From the NCBI GenBank assembly GCA_046539845.1, contig JBKHGE010000013.1, forward strand, positions 1 through 50,412: a stretch of DNA of 50,412 nt, read 5' to 3'. Positions 9,818 to 19,739 of the stretch are shown here, in pieces. Position 1 is the stretch's first letter; each line of letters starts with the position of its first letter. Under the pieces are notes generated by a model. It was given only the letters and a program-made list of their open reading frames with translations, was not told the origin of the DNA and made no database searches. A program made the position numbers and the translations under genes. The DNA comes from Desulfonatronovibrionaceae bacterium (GTDB lineage: Bacteria; Desulfobacterota; Desulfovibrionia; Desulfovibrionales; Desulfonatronovibrionaceae).

Positions 9818-11236
9818 CTATTTGCGCTGTCTGAATATCACCCGGCTCACTGGTCCGCCGCCCTGCATATCCAGCATGTGCGTGGAACAGGAGATGCACG
9901 GATCATACCCGCGGACCAGCATGCTCAGTTTCATCTCAATCTCTTCCGGGGGTTTCCCGGAAAGCTCCGGAGCCAGAGCGTTGAAATCGGCCTGGATATT
10001 GGCGTGATTCTGGTTAGTGGGGATCACACAGTCGGCGGTGGCTATCCGGCCGTTTTCATTGTAGTCATAGGCGTGAAAGAGGATCCCCCGGGGCACTTCC
10101 ACCGCACCGATCCCCCGGCCGGCAAAAGGCTTTATCTCTTGCGGTGATTCCCGGCGCACTCCTTTGGCCAGAAGCGACTCGGTAATGTCCAGGGAGTCCT
10201 CCAGGGAATGCACGCATTCCACCATCTGGGCCAGGGAGTTATAGTACGGATTGGTGCACTGGGCCTTGAGCCCCAGCTTGTCCGCAGCCTGGGCCGCTTT
10301 CTGGCTCAAATGCCCGGAATTGAGGTTGAACCTGGCCAGGGCCCCGACCATATACGACTCGCGCATGTTTTTGGCCCATTTAGCAGTGGACTGGGGCACG
10401 CAGTACTCGTTTGTGACCTGCTCATAGAGGAGGCCGGGACGGCGCTGGTCCAGACTGGTCCCGATCTCGCCCCGGTACATAGCGTACTCGGTCGGAGCGA
10501 CTAGGGCCACATACTCGGTGGCCCGGTCCAGATCCGGGATATTGTCCTTGAGGGAGACAAAGAGATTGACCAGCCGATCGGCCTGCTTCAGGCCGTTTTG
10601 GAGCTTTTTCTTTAGTTCCAGAAGCTCGTCCCGTTCCGGCACCTTCTCCATTCCCCCCGGGACCAGCCGTTGCGGATGGGTGGTCCGGCCGCAGATAAGC
10701 TCGCTGAACTCATTGGAGATGCGCCTGCAACCGATGACATCCAGAAGTTCCTTTTTGTGCGATTCAGCCAGGGCCAAAGCAGAGTCCACCCCGACCAGAT
10801 CCGGCAAAACCAGATAGCCTATATGCAGCAGGTGACTCTGCAGATTCTCTGCATGCAGGGCCAGCTTACGCAGCTTAAGGGTCTGTTCGCTGGGCTCGAT
10901 GTGGAATGCGTCTTCAGTGGCCTGGATGGAGCACAATTGATGGCCAATGGAACATATGCCGCAGATGCGGGAGACGATATGATGGATATCCGAATAAGGC
11001 CGGCCCTGGACCATAGCCTCAAAGAAGCGCGGGGCCTCCTCCACTTCCCACCTAGCCTCTTCAATCCTGCCCCCGGATCCCAGGGTAACCACGATATTGC
11101 CGTGCCCCTCCACCCGGGTGAGATGATTTATTTCTATTTTGCCTGGGCCAGCGGCGGTCTTTTTTTCCTGCCTGCCCTCTTGCTTTTTTGCTTCCGTGCC
11201 ATTTTGGGAAGCCGTTTTTTTGCTCTGCTTAGCCAT
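9818..11236 (-). CDS. hydA: Group 3b [NiFe]-hydrogenase large (alpha) subunit
   Basis: TRVEGHG, L1 RICGIC, VEVPRG and L2 DPCISCSTH plus a C-terminal extension. Start at MAKQ, after GGAGA. Confidence 0.92.
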   Translation of the reverse strand: MAKQSKKTASQNGTEAKKQEGRQEKKTAAGPGKIEINHLTRVEGHGNIVVTLGSGGRIEEARWEVEEAPRFFEAMVQGRPYSDIHHIVSRICGICSIGHQLCSIQATEDAFHIEPSEQTLKLRKLALHAENLQSHLLHIGYLVLPDLVGVDSALALAESHKKELLDVIGCRRISNEFSELICGRTTHPQRLVPGGMEKVPERDELLELKKKLQNGLKQADRLVNLFVSLKDNIPDLDRATEYVALVAPTEYAMYRGEIGTSLDQRRPGLLYEQVTNEYCVPQSTAKWAKNMRESYMVGALARFNLNSGHLSQKAAQAADKLGLKAQCTNPYYNSLAQMVECVHSLEDSLDITESLLAKGVRRESPQEIKPFAGRGIGAVEVPRGILFHAYDYNENGRIATADCVIPTNQNHANIQADFNALAPELSGKPPEEIEMKLSMLVRGYDPCISCSTHMLDMQGGGPVSRVIFRQRK

Positions 11237-11283
11237 AATATCTCCGGGATTGAGTTTTAGCGGGTCCGAGCCCTGTCTCTGGT

Positions 11284-12033
11284 CTAGTCCCTGATACGGG
11301 CCAAAAAGTGGCCCTGATATAGCCTCAGCTGATCCTCGGCCTGCAGCCAAGAAAAGCCGTGTTCATCCATGACCTGTCTTGCCGCATCCAGATTCGCCCT
11401 GGGCAAGAGCCCTCTGCACCCCCAACACACACTGCCCTGAGTCACGCAGGCCGCACTACATCCCGCCCGGGTAACCATTCCCAAACACATCTTGCCCTGC
11501 TCCAGACGGCAGATGTTCCCGGCCTTTTTGCACTCCACGCAGACCGGATAATCCGGCGGGGTATACACCTTGCCCAATAAAAGCTCCTTTACCGCCCGGG
11601 CGAACTCATTTTTATCTATAGGGCAGCCATGAATCTCCATATCCACTTTGACCACAGCGGAGAGGGGCCGGGCGGCATATGTGGAATACCATCTGGCCCG
11701 GGGGCCGTAGACTATTTCCCTGTATTCGCTTTCCTCGAGGAAATTCTTCAGACAGTTGATCCCCCCTATGGTGGCGCAGGCGCCCAGGGCGACCAGGATC
11801 CCGGCGTTGGACCTGATTTCCTTGAGGCGCTTTTCATCCTCTGGCCGGGTGATTGACCCCTCGACAAAGGCGATGTCGTAATCATCGCTGTGCTCGGACT
11901 TGATCTCCCGGAAGCTAACAATATCAATGTGTGCGGCTATATCCAAAAGCCTCTCTTCCAGATTGGCCACCTGGAGCTGATCCCCTTCGCAGCCGGCAAA
12001 GTCAAAAAAGGCGACTCTGGGTTTGTTGCCCAT
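11284..12033 (-). CDS. hydD: Group 3b [NiFe]-hydrogenase small (delta) Fe-S subunit
   Basis: GCEGD, EGSI, GACA..GGIN, IHGCP and PVCVEC...CLG.VTRAGC.A.C......CWGCRG motifs. Confidence 0.9.
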   Translation of the reverse strand: MGNKPRVAFFDFAGCEGDQLQVANLEERLLDIAAHIDIVSFREIKSEHSDDYDIAFVEGSITRPEDEKRLKEIRSNAGILVALGACATIGGINCLKNFLEESEYREIVYGPRARWYSTYAARPLSAVVKVDMEIHGCPIDKNEFARAVKELLLGKVYTPPDYPVCVECKKAGNICRLEQGKMCLGMVTRAGCSAACVTQGSVCWGCRGLLPRANLDAARQVMDEHGFSWLQAEDQLRLYQGHFLARIRD

Positions 12034-12059
12034 AACTATACTCCGCAATGTTAAAATTC

Positions 12060-12890
12060 TCAGATCGCTTCCTGGAGGTTGGCGATCTGGGTGTAACAGA
12101 AAACAGGTCCGTCCACGCAGCAGCTGAGCCCGTTTATCTGACAGTGACCGCACTTGCCCAGCCCACATTTCATCTTCCGCTCCAGGGAGACGTAAATGCG
12201 GTCCTCGGATACTCCCCTCTTACGGCACTCCTCCAGGACAAACCTGTACATGACCGGCGGGCCGACCATAGCCACATAAGTATCACTGGGCTCGATCTCG
12301 ATCTTGGGGATAAGCGTGGTTATCACCCCGACATTCCCGTTCCAGCTCTCGTCCGGCTGGTCCACAGTTTCGTGCACGGTAACGTCCTCGCGTTTAGCCA
12401 GATCCTCGAGTTGGGAGGTAAAAATACGCTCGCTCGGATTGCGGGTTCCCACAAGCACACTTATCCGGCCGTATTCGTCCCGGTGGCGGAGCATATAGTG
12501 CAGAACGCTTCGAAGCGGGATATATCCCAATCCGCCAGCGACAAAAAGCATGTCCTGACCCACGAATTTCTGCATGGGGAAATAGGATCCGTACGGTCCG
12601 CGCACCCCAACCTTGTCCCCGACCTGCAGACTGTGCAGGGCGGAAGTCACGGAGCCGATCTTGCGCACCGCTATTTCAAAGTGGTGCGATTCGCGTATGG
12701 GCGGGGAAGTAACTGAGAATGGGGCCTCACCCACCCCGTGTATGGAAATCTGGATGAACTGCCCCGGCCTGTGGGCCAGGGGCCAGCCGTTGTCCTGAGC
12801 GAACTCAAAAAGGGTCACATAATCCGAGAGTTCTCTCTTGCTGACCAGAGTGGCCACCCGGGGGACATAAGGGGAAAAATTAGATTTCAT
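12060..12890 (-). CDS. hydG: Hydrogenase gamma subunit, FAD/NAD(P)-binding with [2Fe-2S] (AsrB/HydG-like)
   Basis: PGQF, GEAPFS, RGPYG, AGGLGYIP and ERKMKCGLGKCGHC...C.DGPVF motifs. Confidence 0.9.
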   Translation of the reverse strand: MKSNFSPYVPRVATLVSKRELSDYVTLFEFAQDNGWPLAHRPGQFIQISIHGVGEAPFSVTSPPIRESHHFEIAVRKIGSVTSALHSLQVGDKVGVRGPYGSYFPMQKFVGQDMLFVAGGLGYIPLRSVLHYMLRHRDEYGRISVLVGTRNPSERIFTSQLEDLAKREDVTVHETVDQPDESWNGNVGVITTLIPKIEIEPSDTYVAMVGPPVMYRFVLEECRKRGVSEDRIYVSLERKMKCGLGKCGHCQINGLSCCVDGPVFCYTQIANLQEAI

Positions 12891-13932
12891 TTTTATAAGC
12901 CTCCCAGAGTTCGTTGAACACCGCCTTGGGATTGGCAATCCTTGCGGTACAGGCCCGAACGCATCTGCCGCAGCCCACGCAGCCCAGCTCGCCCAATTTG
13001 TCGTATATGTATTTTCCCTTGCGCATGTACCGGTGTCTGTATCTCTGCCAAGGCCTCTCCCGAAAATTGTGGTCCCCGGCGATGCGGGCGAACCCCTCCA
13101 GCATGCACCCGTCCCACATGCGGTAGCGTCTGCCGGTCTGCAGGCGGTCGTCCACTTCGTCCTGGATGTCAAAGCAATAGCAGGTGGGGCAGACCAGATT
13201 GCACGACCCGCAGGACAGACATTTCTTGGCCCTTTCTCTCCACAGGGGGGATTCGTAGCTGGCCTCCATGACCGTGGGGATATCCTGCCAGTCAAAAGAA
13301 AGCCCGCTGCCTGCGGCCGCTTTCAATGTCTTGGTATGCGCCCTTCTGGCCGCCTCTTTTTCCGCGGGGGAGGCCTCGACCACCTTCCCATTGGCATGCA
13401 AAAGCTCCTCCCCATGCCCGGACCCGACCTCCACATAAAAGGCGCCCGGACTGATCCGGGTCCAGAACAGATCAAAGCCCCAATCCACTTCAGAAGCATT
13501 CATGGCCGACCAAAAGGCGGTCTTGGAGACGCGCAGCGGCTCCAGGCCGATAACCACGGTGTTGTCCCGGCGCTTTCGATAATTGACGTCCATGCTGCCC
13601 ATATCCATTAGCTGATCCAATTGATTTATGGCCTTGATATCATAGGGGTGGACCCCAAAAAGGACCTGCTTCGGGGCCTGAACAACTGAAGTGGATGAGT
13701 GGTCCCGGAGATCGAATTGTATAAGGTCCTCCTCCGGAGGGAGGAAAAAACGTTTGAGCGGGGTATAGGCGGTGTCGTAGTCCCAGGCGATATCAGCTCC
13801 CGGATCCCAGGACCGGAACTCGTAAAACCGCTTTTCCACCTGCTGCGGGACATACACGTCATATTTGCCCCTCCATTTTTCCAGCAATCCATCCACTTGG
13901 TCCAAATACACCGTGTAAGCAGTCATGCGCAT
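12880..13932 (-). CDS. hydB: Hydrogenase beta subunit, 4Fe-4S dicluster (AsrA/HydB-like)
   Basis: CLSCGSCNLVCPTCYCF and CVGCGRCVRAC motifs. The start may be ATG 13926. Confidence 0.9.
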   Translation of the reverse strand: MRMTAYTVYLDQVDGLLEKWRGKYDVYVPQQVEKRFYEFRSWDPGADIAWDYDTAYTPLKRFFLPPEEDLIQFDLRDHSSTSVVQAPKQVLFGVHPYDIKAINQLDQLMDMGSMDVNYRKRRDNTVVIGLEPLRVSKTAFWSAMNASEVDWGFDLFWTRISPGAFYVEVGSGHGEELLHANGKVVEASPAEKEAARRAHTKTLKAAAGSGLSFDWQDIPTVMEASYESPLWRERAKKCLSCGSCNLVCPTCYCFDIQDEVDDRLQTGRRYRMWDGCMLEGFARIAGDHNFRERPWQRYRHRYMRKGKYIYDKLGELGCVGCGRCVRACTARIANPKAVFNELWEAYKNEI

Positions 13933-14232
13933 AACCTCTCAGGGAATGACGATTGTTCTTGCGCCCGCGATCTTGGGGCCGGAAAGCGGCGGCTTCCGAA
14001 TACAGCCGGTCCAAAGCCTTTTTTAGCCATATCGTTCCGGGTCCTCTATGTTTCCGGATAAAACCGCACATCCGCAACCAAAGGTCAAGCCAAGATAATA
14101 ATTTCACATGCCAAAAGGCCGGAACCCCCAGGTGAACGGACAGACAAGGAGATGCTTGCCAAATTGCAGGGATACTACTAACGGATATTCACCTGTTTCG
14201 CAAAAACCCAAGCCCAAGCCCGAAAACCTCGC

Positions 14233-14961
14233 ATGCAAGCAATCATCCCCCTTTTACTGATCATATTTTTTGCCGGATTCACCCAGGGGCTCTCCGGATT
14301 CGGCTCGATCATGATCTCTCTGCCTTTGCTGGCCATATTCCTGGACATAAAAACGGTGATCCCGCTTATCAGCCTGTATGCGCTGATCATAAACGCCATC
14401 CTGCTCGTCCAGCTCTACCCAAGCCTGCAGGTCAAAAGACTCGCTGTCATGCTTGTGGCCACCGTCCCCGGCATCCCCACCGGTGTATATCTCCTGAAGA
14501 ACATCCCGGCCGGGATACTGCAGCTGGTCTTGGGAATAGTGCTCATCCTGTTTGCGGCTTATGCCCTGTTTTTAAGACTGCCCAGACTTAAAACAGGCAG
14601 GAAATCGGAAATCGCGGCCGGGTTCCTGGCCGGCTGCCTGGGCGGAAGCATCGGGGCCAACGGCCCGCCGATCATAATCTATACCGCGGTACAGCCCTGG
14701 GCCAAGGACGAAATCAAGTCCACCCTTGCCGGGTATTTCTTCACCGCCGGGATCGGCATCTCCACGACGCATGCGGTCTCCGGGCTTATAACCGGGAAAG
14801 TCCTGGCTTATTTCCTTGCCGGTTTGGTCTCCCTGATTCTGGGGGTATTCGCCGGAAGCAGGATGTACGGAAAAATAAGTGAAACGGCGTACAAAAAGGC
14901 GATCAGTATCCTTATACTGCTTTTGGGGATAGTCATGGTCCTCAAATTCGCAGCCGGCTGA
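14233..14961 (+). CDS. Sulfite exporter TauE/SafE family permease
   Basis: AGFTQGLSGFG and GFLAGCLGGSIGANGPP motifs; about 8 TM segments. Confidence 0.85.
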   Translation: MQAIIPLLLIIFFAGFTQGLSGFGSIMISLPLLAIFLDIKTVIPLISLYALIINAILLVQLYPSLQVKRLAVMLVATVPGIPTGVYLLKNIPAGILQLVLGIVLILFAAYALFLRLPRLKTGRKSEIAAGFLAGCLGGSIGANGPPIIIYTAVQPWAKDEIKSTLAGYFFTAGIGISTTHAVSGLITGKVLAYFLAGLVSLILGVFAGSRMYGKISETAYKKAISILILLLGIVMVLKFAAG

Positions 14962-15175
14962 AACCGAAAAGCCTGTCCGCCTCAGAAGGGAACTGCCACG
15001 ACGCAAGGTGGTCTGCACCTGCCCCCTGTGCCCCGGAAGAGACAAAACCCAATCCTTCGCGCACTTGGCGCCTGCGGTTTATTTCATTCCCTAATCCGCC
15101 TGGACACCGGGGACAAATCCTTGCGCTTTGGGGCAAAAAAACTGCTCTTACACCCAGAAAATGTTTTGCAGCAAT

Positions 15176-16402
15176 TCAGCTATCCCCGACCTCAACCGGT
15201 TCAAACTCCGTGCCGGTCAGCGGGCGGCCGCCTTCCGGGGTGACCTGGAAAGTATTCTCCACTCCGGCCATTCCCACGCCTTGGACCCCAATCTTCGGTT
15301 CCAGGGCCATGCAGGTATTTTCTGCAAAAGGTTGCCTAAAGGATTTGGCGATTACCGGCCACTCATCTATGGCCAGTCCGATGCCGTGGCCTACGAACGG
15401 GACCTTGTTCTGACCCAGACCCATGAACCCATCGCTGAACCCGGCCTTTTCCGCCATGTCCTGAGCCTTTTCGTATAAGCGGGCCGGTGTCTCCCCGGGT
15501 CTGAGCATCTCGGCCAGGGCCTCCTGGATATCCCGGCAGCACTCCTGGGCCCGGACAAATTCGGACGGGGGTTCCCATCCGGAGGGCAGGTACACCTGGG
15601 TCTTGTCCGTGTGATACCCCTCCACGCAGAACCCGATATCAATGACCAGTGGCTCGTTGTCCGCCCAGATCTTTCCGGCATAGCCCATGTGCAGTTCCGC
15701 CGGGTGCTCCCCGCGCACTCCGACCGGGCCGTTGAAGGTACTGGGATAGTTGGCGCTGTCTCCGGCCGAGACATGGCCCAAAAATATCTCCTCTCCGAAA
15801 TTCTGCATGCGCATATGTCCGCTGTGGCCCAGTTCAAAGCACACGTTCCATAGTGTTACCGCGATCTCCCGTTCGCTCATGCCGGGGCGGATGCGGCCGG
15901 GCATGATCCGGTGCAAGGCCTCGTGGTGTCGCTCCCCGGCCAAAACCAGCTTCTCCAGTTCCCAGTCGGTCTTGACCGCCCGGGTTGCGGACAGAGCCAT
16001 GTCCGCGGCTAAAAAATCCACTTCGGGCAGCCATTTCTGCACGGACTCGGCCAAAGACCAGGGCAATCCGGATTTTTCCGCGGCAACCGGACCCTTTGGC
16101 TCACAGCCGAATTCCCGGAGAATCCCCGGCATATCCCGAAAAGAACGAAAGGAGACCTTGTTTTTCAGTCCGGACTCCAGACCGGCCCGGCCCAGTCCGC
16201 GGCGGACCATGAGCACCGAATCCCCATGGACCGGGATATACAAAGCCCCGTTCACCCAGCTCCCGGAAAAATAATAGATGTTCATCCGACTGAAGACCAA
16301 GACGCCTTCGGCTTGCGGAACAAACTCCTCCACATTGGCCTGCAGACGGCTCAGGCGGTTTTGACTCTCCTCGCGGGGTAAAATTTCCAAAGGTTCAAAC
16401 AT
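15176..16402 (-). CDS. Xaa-Pro peptidase family (M24) protein
   Basis: RAVKTDWE, DIGFCVEGYHTDKT, GHGIGLAIDEWP, ALEPK and GVENT motifs. Confidence 0.9.
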   Translation of the reverse strand: MFEPLEILPREESQNRLSRLQANVEEFVPQAEGVLVFSRMNIYYFSGSWVNGALYIPVHGDSVLMVRRGLGRAGLESGLKNKVSFRSFRDMPGILREFGCEPKGPVAAEKSGLPWSLAESVQKWLPEVDFLAADMALSATRAVKTDWELEKLVLAGERHHEALHRIMPGRIRPGMSEREIAVTLWNVCFELGHSGHMRMQNFGEEIFLGHVSAGDSANYPSTFNGPVGVRGEHPAELHMGYAGKIWADNEPLVIDIGFCVEGYHTDKTQVYLPSGWEPPSEFVRAQECCRDIQEALAEMLRPGETPARLYEKAQDMAEKAGFSDGFMGLGQNKVPFVGHGIGLAIDEWPVIAKSFRQPFAENTCMALEPKIGVQGVGMAGVENTFQVTPEGGRPLTGTEFEPVEVGDS

Positions 16403-16434
16403 GTCTTGCTCCGTCACCGGGCCGATACGGCCCG

Positions 16435-17496
16435 TCAGTCTTCTTTCAGGTATTCGTAGAGCATGGTCCTGCGGCGCGGGGTAAACCCTGCGCTGTGGAT
16501 AAGCTCGCGCATGTCTTTTTCCGGGAGCTTGAAGCACACCCCGGCCGAGGAGACCACGTTCTCCTCAATCATAGTCGATCCGAAATCGTTTGCCCCCCAA
16601 AAAAGGGCCAGCTGACCGATCTTCGGCCCCTGCGTGACCCAGGAGGCCTGGATATTGGGGATATTGTCCACAAACAGCCGGGACAGGGCCAGAAAACGTA
16701 GATACTCCACGGAAGAGGCCTCGCGCGTACTCAAACGGGTCCCGTGCGGCTGAAAGGTCCAGGGGATAAACGCGGTGAATCCTCCGGTCTCGTCCTGCAG
16801 GTCCCTTATCGCTTGCAGATGCTCGATGCGCTCTTCAATCCCCTCCACATGCCCGAACATCATGGTCGCTGTGGTCTTAAGCCCCAAAAGATGGGCCTGG
16901 CGCATGACCTCCAACCACTCCGCGGCCGTGCATTTATTGGGCGAGACCCGGGAACGGACCCGGTCCGCCAGTATCTCCGCCCCCCCGCCCGGAATGGAGT
17001 CCAGTCCGGAGTCTATCAGTCTTTTCAGCACCTCGCTGCACCCCATGGAGCTACTTCGGGCGAGATAAAATATCTCCGGCGGAGAGAATCCGTGTACCCA
17101 AACGCGGGGATGGTTGTCCTTGATAAATCTCAAGAGATCGCTATAATATCCCAAATCCAGGTCCGGATTCATGCCTCCCTGCAAAAGGATCTGATACCCG
17201 CCCAGCTCCTCGGTCTCCCGGATCTTTTCCTCCAAATCGGAAAAGCTCAGCACATATCCCTCGGGGTGCCCCGGGGGGCGGAAAAAGGCGCAGAACTTGC
17301 AGCCGGAAACGCATACATTGGTGTAGTTTATGTTCCGGTCCACCACATAGGTCACGTTTCCGTCCGGATGCAGGGCCATGCGCCGGGCGTGCGCCCTTGA
17401 GCCCAAATCAAAAAGATCAGCCTCTTGCCAAAGCTCCAGGGCCCGGCTAATATCCAGTCTGGCGGGGCCCGGGCCCAGTTTATTGTTTTCGTCCAT
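16435..17496 (-). CDS. mqnC: Cyclic dehypoxanthinyl futalosine synthase (radical SAM)
   Basis: VDRNINYTNVCVSGCKFCAF, SIPGGGAEIL, FIPWTFQP and GANDFGSTMIEENVV motifs. Confidence 0.92.
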   Translation of the reverse strand: MDENNKLGPGPARLDISRALELWQEADLFDLGSRAHARRMALHPDGNVTYVVDRNINYTNVCVSGCKFCAFFRPPGHPEGYVLSFSDLEEKIRETEELGGYQILLQGGMNPDLDLGYYSDLLRFIKDNHPRVWVHGFSPPEIFYLARSSSMGCSEVLKRLIDSGLDSIPGGGAEILADRVRSRVSPNKCTAAEWLEVMRQAHLLGLKTTATMMFGHVEGIEERIEHLQAIRDLQDETGGFTAFIPWTFQPHGTRLSTREASSVEYLRFLALSRLFVDNIPNIQASWVTQGPKIGQLALFWGANDFGSTMIEENVVSSAGVCFKLPEKDMRELIHSAGFTPRRRTMLYEYLKED

Positions 17497-17624
17497 GGTT
17501 GCTTCTTTAGTTTATAGGGTGAAAAAACCGGGGCAAAGCATCAGAAAAAAAGGCTTAAAGGTCAAGGGAATATCGCCCGGCAGACTGGGCTGGAACAGAG
17601 TAGAAAAGACGGGAAAACGCAGAA

Positions 17625-18083
17625 ATGAGCGAGCCGGTATTTGAGTGCCTGATGTGCGGCAGCTGCTGTCAGGGACAGGGCGGGATCGTGACCGCGTTGC
17701 ACGAACAACAGAGGATGGCCGACTATCTGGGCCTCAGTGTGCAGGACTTTTTCTCCCGCTATCTGGAGATCAGGAACCGCAAATACTGCATCAAAACCAG
17801 GGAAGATGGATACTGCATATTCTTCCGGGAGGGCAAAGGCTGCGACATCCACCCGGTAAAGCCGGATGTGTGCCGTGCATGGCCATTTTTCCGGGGCAAC
17901 CTCCTGGACGAGCTGAGTTTTGACCTGGCCAAGGACTATTGCCCGGGGATAAATCCCCGGGCCGGGCACGCGGATTTTGTCCGGCAGGGCATATCCTATC
18001 TGATTGAGCACGGTTTGGCGGACGGATTGCAGAAAGGCCCAGCCAACGCCCTGCTCATCAAGGACCTCAATGAATGCAAGTAG
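17625..18083 (+). CDS. YkgJ-family cysteine-cluster protein
   Basis: FECLMCGSCC...CIFF....CDIHPVKPDVCRAWPF...CPG. Confidence 0.85.
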   Translation: MSEPVFECLMCGSCCQGQGGIVTALHEQQRMADYLGLSVQDFFSRYLEIRNRKYCIKTREDGYCIFFREGKGCDIHPVKPDVCRAWPFFRGNLLDELSFDLAKDYCPGINPRAGHADFVRQGISYLIEHGLADGLQKGPANALLIKDLNECK

Positions 18084-18802
18084 AACAGGCGCAGAAAATA
18101 CTTGAACTTGGTCCGGACGCAGACCTGCAGCAGGTCAAAAAGGCCTACCGCAGACTGGCCTTTAAATTCCATCCGGACCTCAACCCGCAAAAACCGGATG
18201 CGGTGGCTCAATTCCAGCGGGTGAACAAGGCCTACATCCTGCTAAAGCGTGTGGTCCCGGAAACAGTTCATAAAGGGCCGACAGGCGAGCAAGAGCAGGA
18301 CAAAGGACCAGCTCCGCCGCCAGGAGGATCAGGTAGTGCGGCCGAAAGCCCCGGATTCGAGCGCGGGGGGCATCGAAAAAGATTCCATTTCCGCCAGGAG
18401 GAAGTCCTGCGGGATATATTGAGTGATCCGTTTGCCAAAAAGGTGTTCGAGGACATCTTCGAGCGGGTCAAAAAAAACAAGGGACCGGGATCGGGAGAAG
18501 CCCGGCCGTGGAAGAGCCCCGGTCTGGAACCGGGTTCGGACCGGGGCTTTCTCCAGGGAATAAAGAAATGGTTCGCCGCCCAATTGGATGACGAGCAGAC
18601 AGTGTATCTCCGTCCGCAAAGAATGCTCCCCGGATCCAGGATCCGCATCCAGATAGGCCGCAAACTGGGCGGGGAGACCAAGAGCATAGACGTGACCATC
18701 CCATCCGACTATATGGCCGGCCGGCCCATCCGGCTGAAGGGATTGGGCCGCTGCCTGGGACGCTGGAAAGGGGATCTGTACCTCAAGCTCATGGTCCGCT
18801 GA
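18074..18802 (+). CDS. DnaJ-domain protein
   Basis: KKAYRRLAFKFHPDLN J-domain and a DnaJ_C-like end (IRLKGLG...GDLYL). Confidence 0.85.
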   Translation: MQVEQAQKILELGPDADLQQVKKAYRRLAFKFHPDLNPQKPDAVAQFQRVNKAYILLKRVVPETVHKGPTGEQEQDKGPAPPPGGSGSAAESPGFERGGHRKRFHFRQEEVLRDILSDPFAKKVFEDIFERVKKNKGPGSGEARPWKSPGLEPGSDRGFLQGIKKWFAAQLDDEQTVYLRPQRMLPGSRIRIQIGRKLGGETKSIDVTIPSDYMAGRPIRLKGLGRCLGRWKGDLYLKLMVR

Positions 18803-18803
18803 T

Positions 18804-19589
18804 ATGAGCGAACCGATCCGACTGAACAAATTCCTGGCTGCAGCAGGGGTATGTTCCCGCCGCCGGGCGGATGGGCTCATTGCCTCGGGCCGGGTCTTTG
18901 TCTCCGGACACCGGGTCACCGAGCTGGGATGCAAGGTGGACCCGGAAAAGGACAAAGTCGAGGTGGAAGGGGTGGGGCTGGTTAGTGTAGCCGGTCGGCC
19001 GCTGTATATAATGCTGAACAAGCCGGTGCGGGTGATAAGCAGCGTGTCCGATCCGCAAAACAGAAAGACGGTTGTCGACTTCCTCCCCCGGGAAATCCGC
19101 ACCCAGCGCATCTACCCCATAGGCAGGCTGGACTACTATTCCCAGGGACTCATCCTCCTGACCAACGACGGCGACCTGGCACATAAACTAACCCATCCCG
19201 GATTCGAACACCCCAAGACCTATGAAATCAAGATCCGGGAAAAGGTTTCAAAAGAGGCCCTAGACAGGATGCGCCTGGGAATGACCTTGCGCGAGGGGGA
19301 TAGACTGGCCCCGGCCCAAGTGAAAAGAATCCCGGGAAAAGAGCAGAGCACCCGGCTGGAGATGACCATCACCCAGGGGGTAAACAGGCAGATCCGCCGC
19401 ATGTGCCGCGATGAGGGGCTGACTATTTTACGGCTGGAAAGGACCGCCCACTCCGGAATAGTCCTCGGGGATTTGCCGCCCGGAAAATGGCGCCATTTAA
19501 GCCCTGAAGAGGTAAACGGACTGAAAAAGGCCGGATCTGACGAAAACAGAGGGTCATGCCCACAGTCTTCAGGCAAAGCGCAGGATTAG
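18804..19589 (+). CDS. rluB: Pseudouridine synthase, RluB/RsuA family
   Basis: S4 domain RLNKFLAAAGVCSRR; GRLD catalytic motif; GVNRQIRRM. Confidence 0.88.
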   Translation: MSEPIRLNKFLAAAGVCSRRRADGLIASGRVFVSGHRVTELGCKVDPEKDKVEVEGVGLVSVAGRPLYIMLNKPVRVISSVSDPQNRKTVVDFLPREIRTQRIYPIGRLDYYSQGLILLTNDGDLAHKLTHPGFEHPKTYEIKIREKVSKEALDRMRLGMTLREGDRLAPAQVKRIPGKEQSTRLEMTITQGVNRQIRRMCRDEGLTILRLERTAHSGIVLGDLPPGKWRHLSPEEVNGLKKAGSDENRGSCPQSSGKAQD

Positions 19590-19739
19590 CTGACTGCTGG
19601 TGGAACAATCCTTATCCTGCAAACCGCTCACACTCTCAGGGGGGCGCAAAAAAGTTCAAGATCTAAGTCTACTCAGTTGCCGCTAAGAGCTTGAACTTAC
19701 TGCCGCATTGCTGCCACCGGCAGATTATAGGCCGGACTG

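Noticed and set aside
9818..12033. Selenocysteine ([NiFeSe]) recoding in the hydrogenase
   Set aside because: L1 and L2 motifs use Cys codons, and there is no in-frame TGA.
14092..14109. Rex/CRP-like site upstream of the hydrogenase operon (ATGTGAAATTATTATCTT on the minus strand)
   Set aside because: Only one half-site matches.
11237..16537. Extended N-termini in the ORF track (hydA 11350, hydD 12168, hydG 13295, peptidase 16537)
   Set aside because: They overlap upstream genes; downstream ATGs fit family N-termini better.
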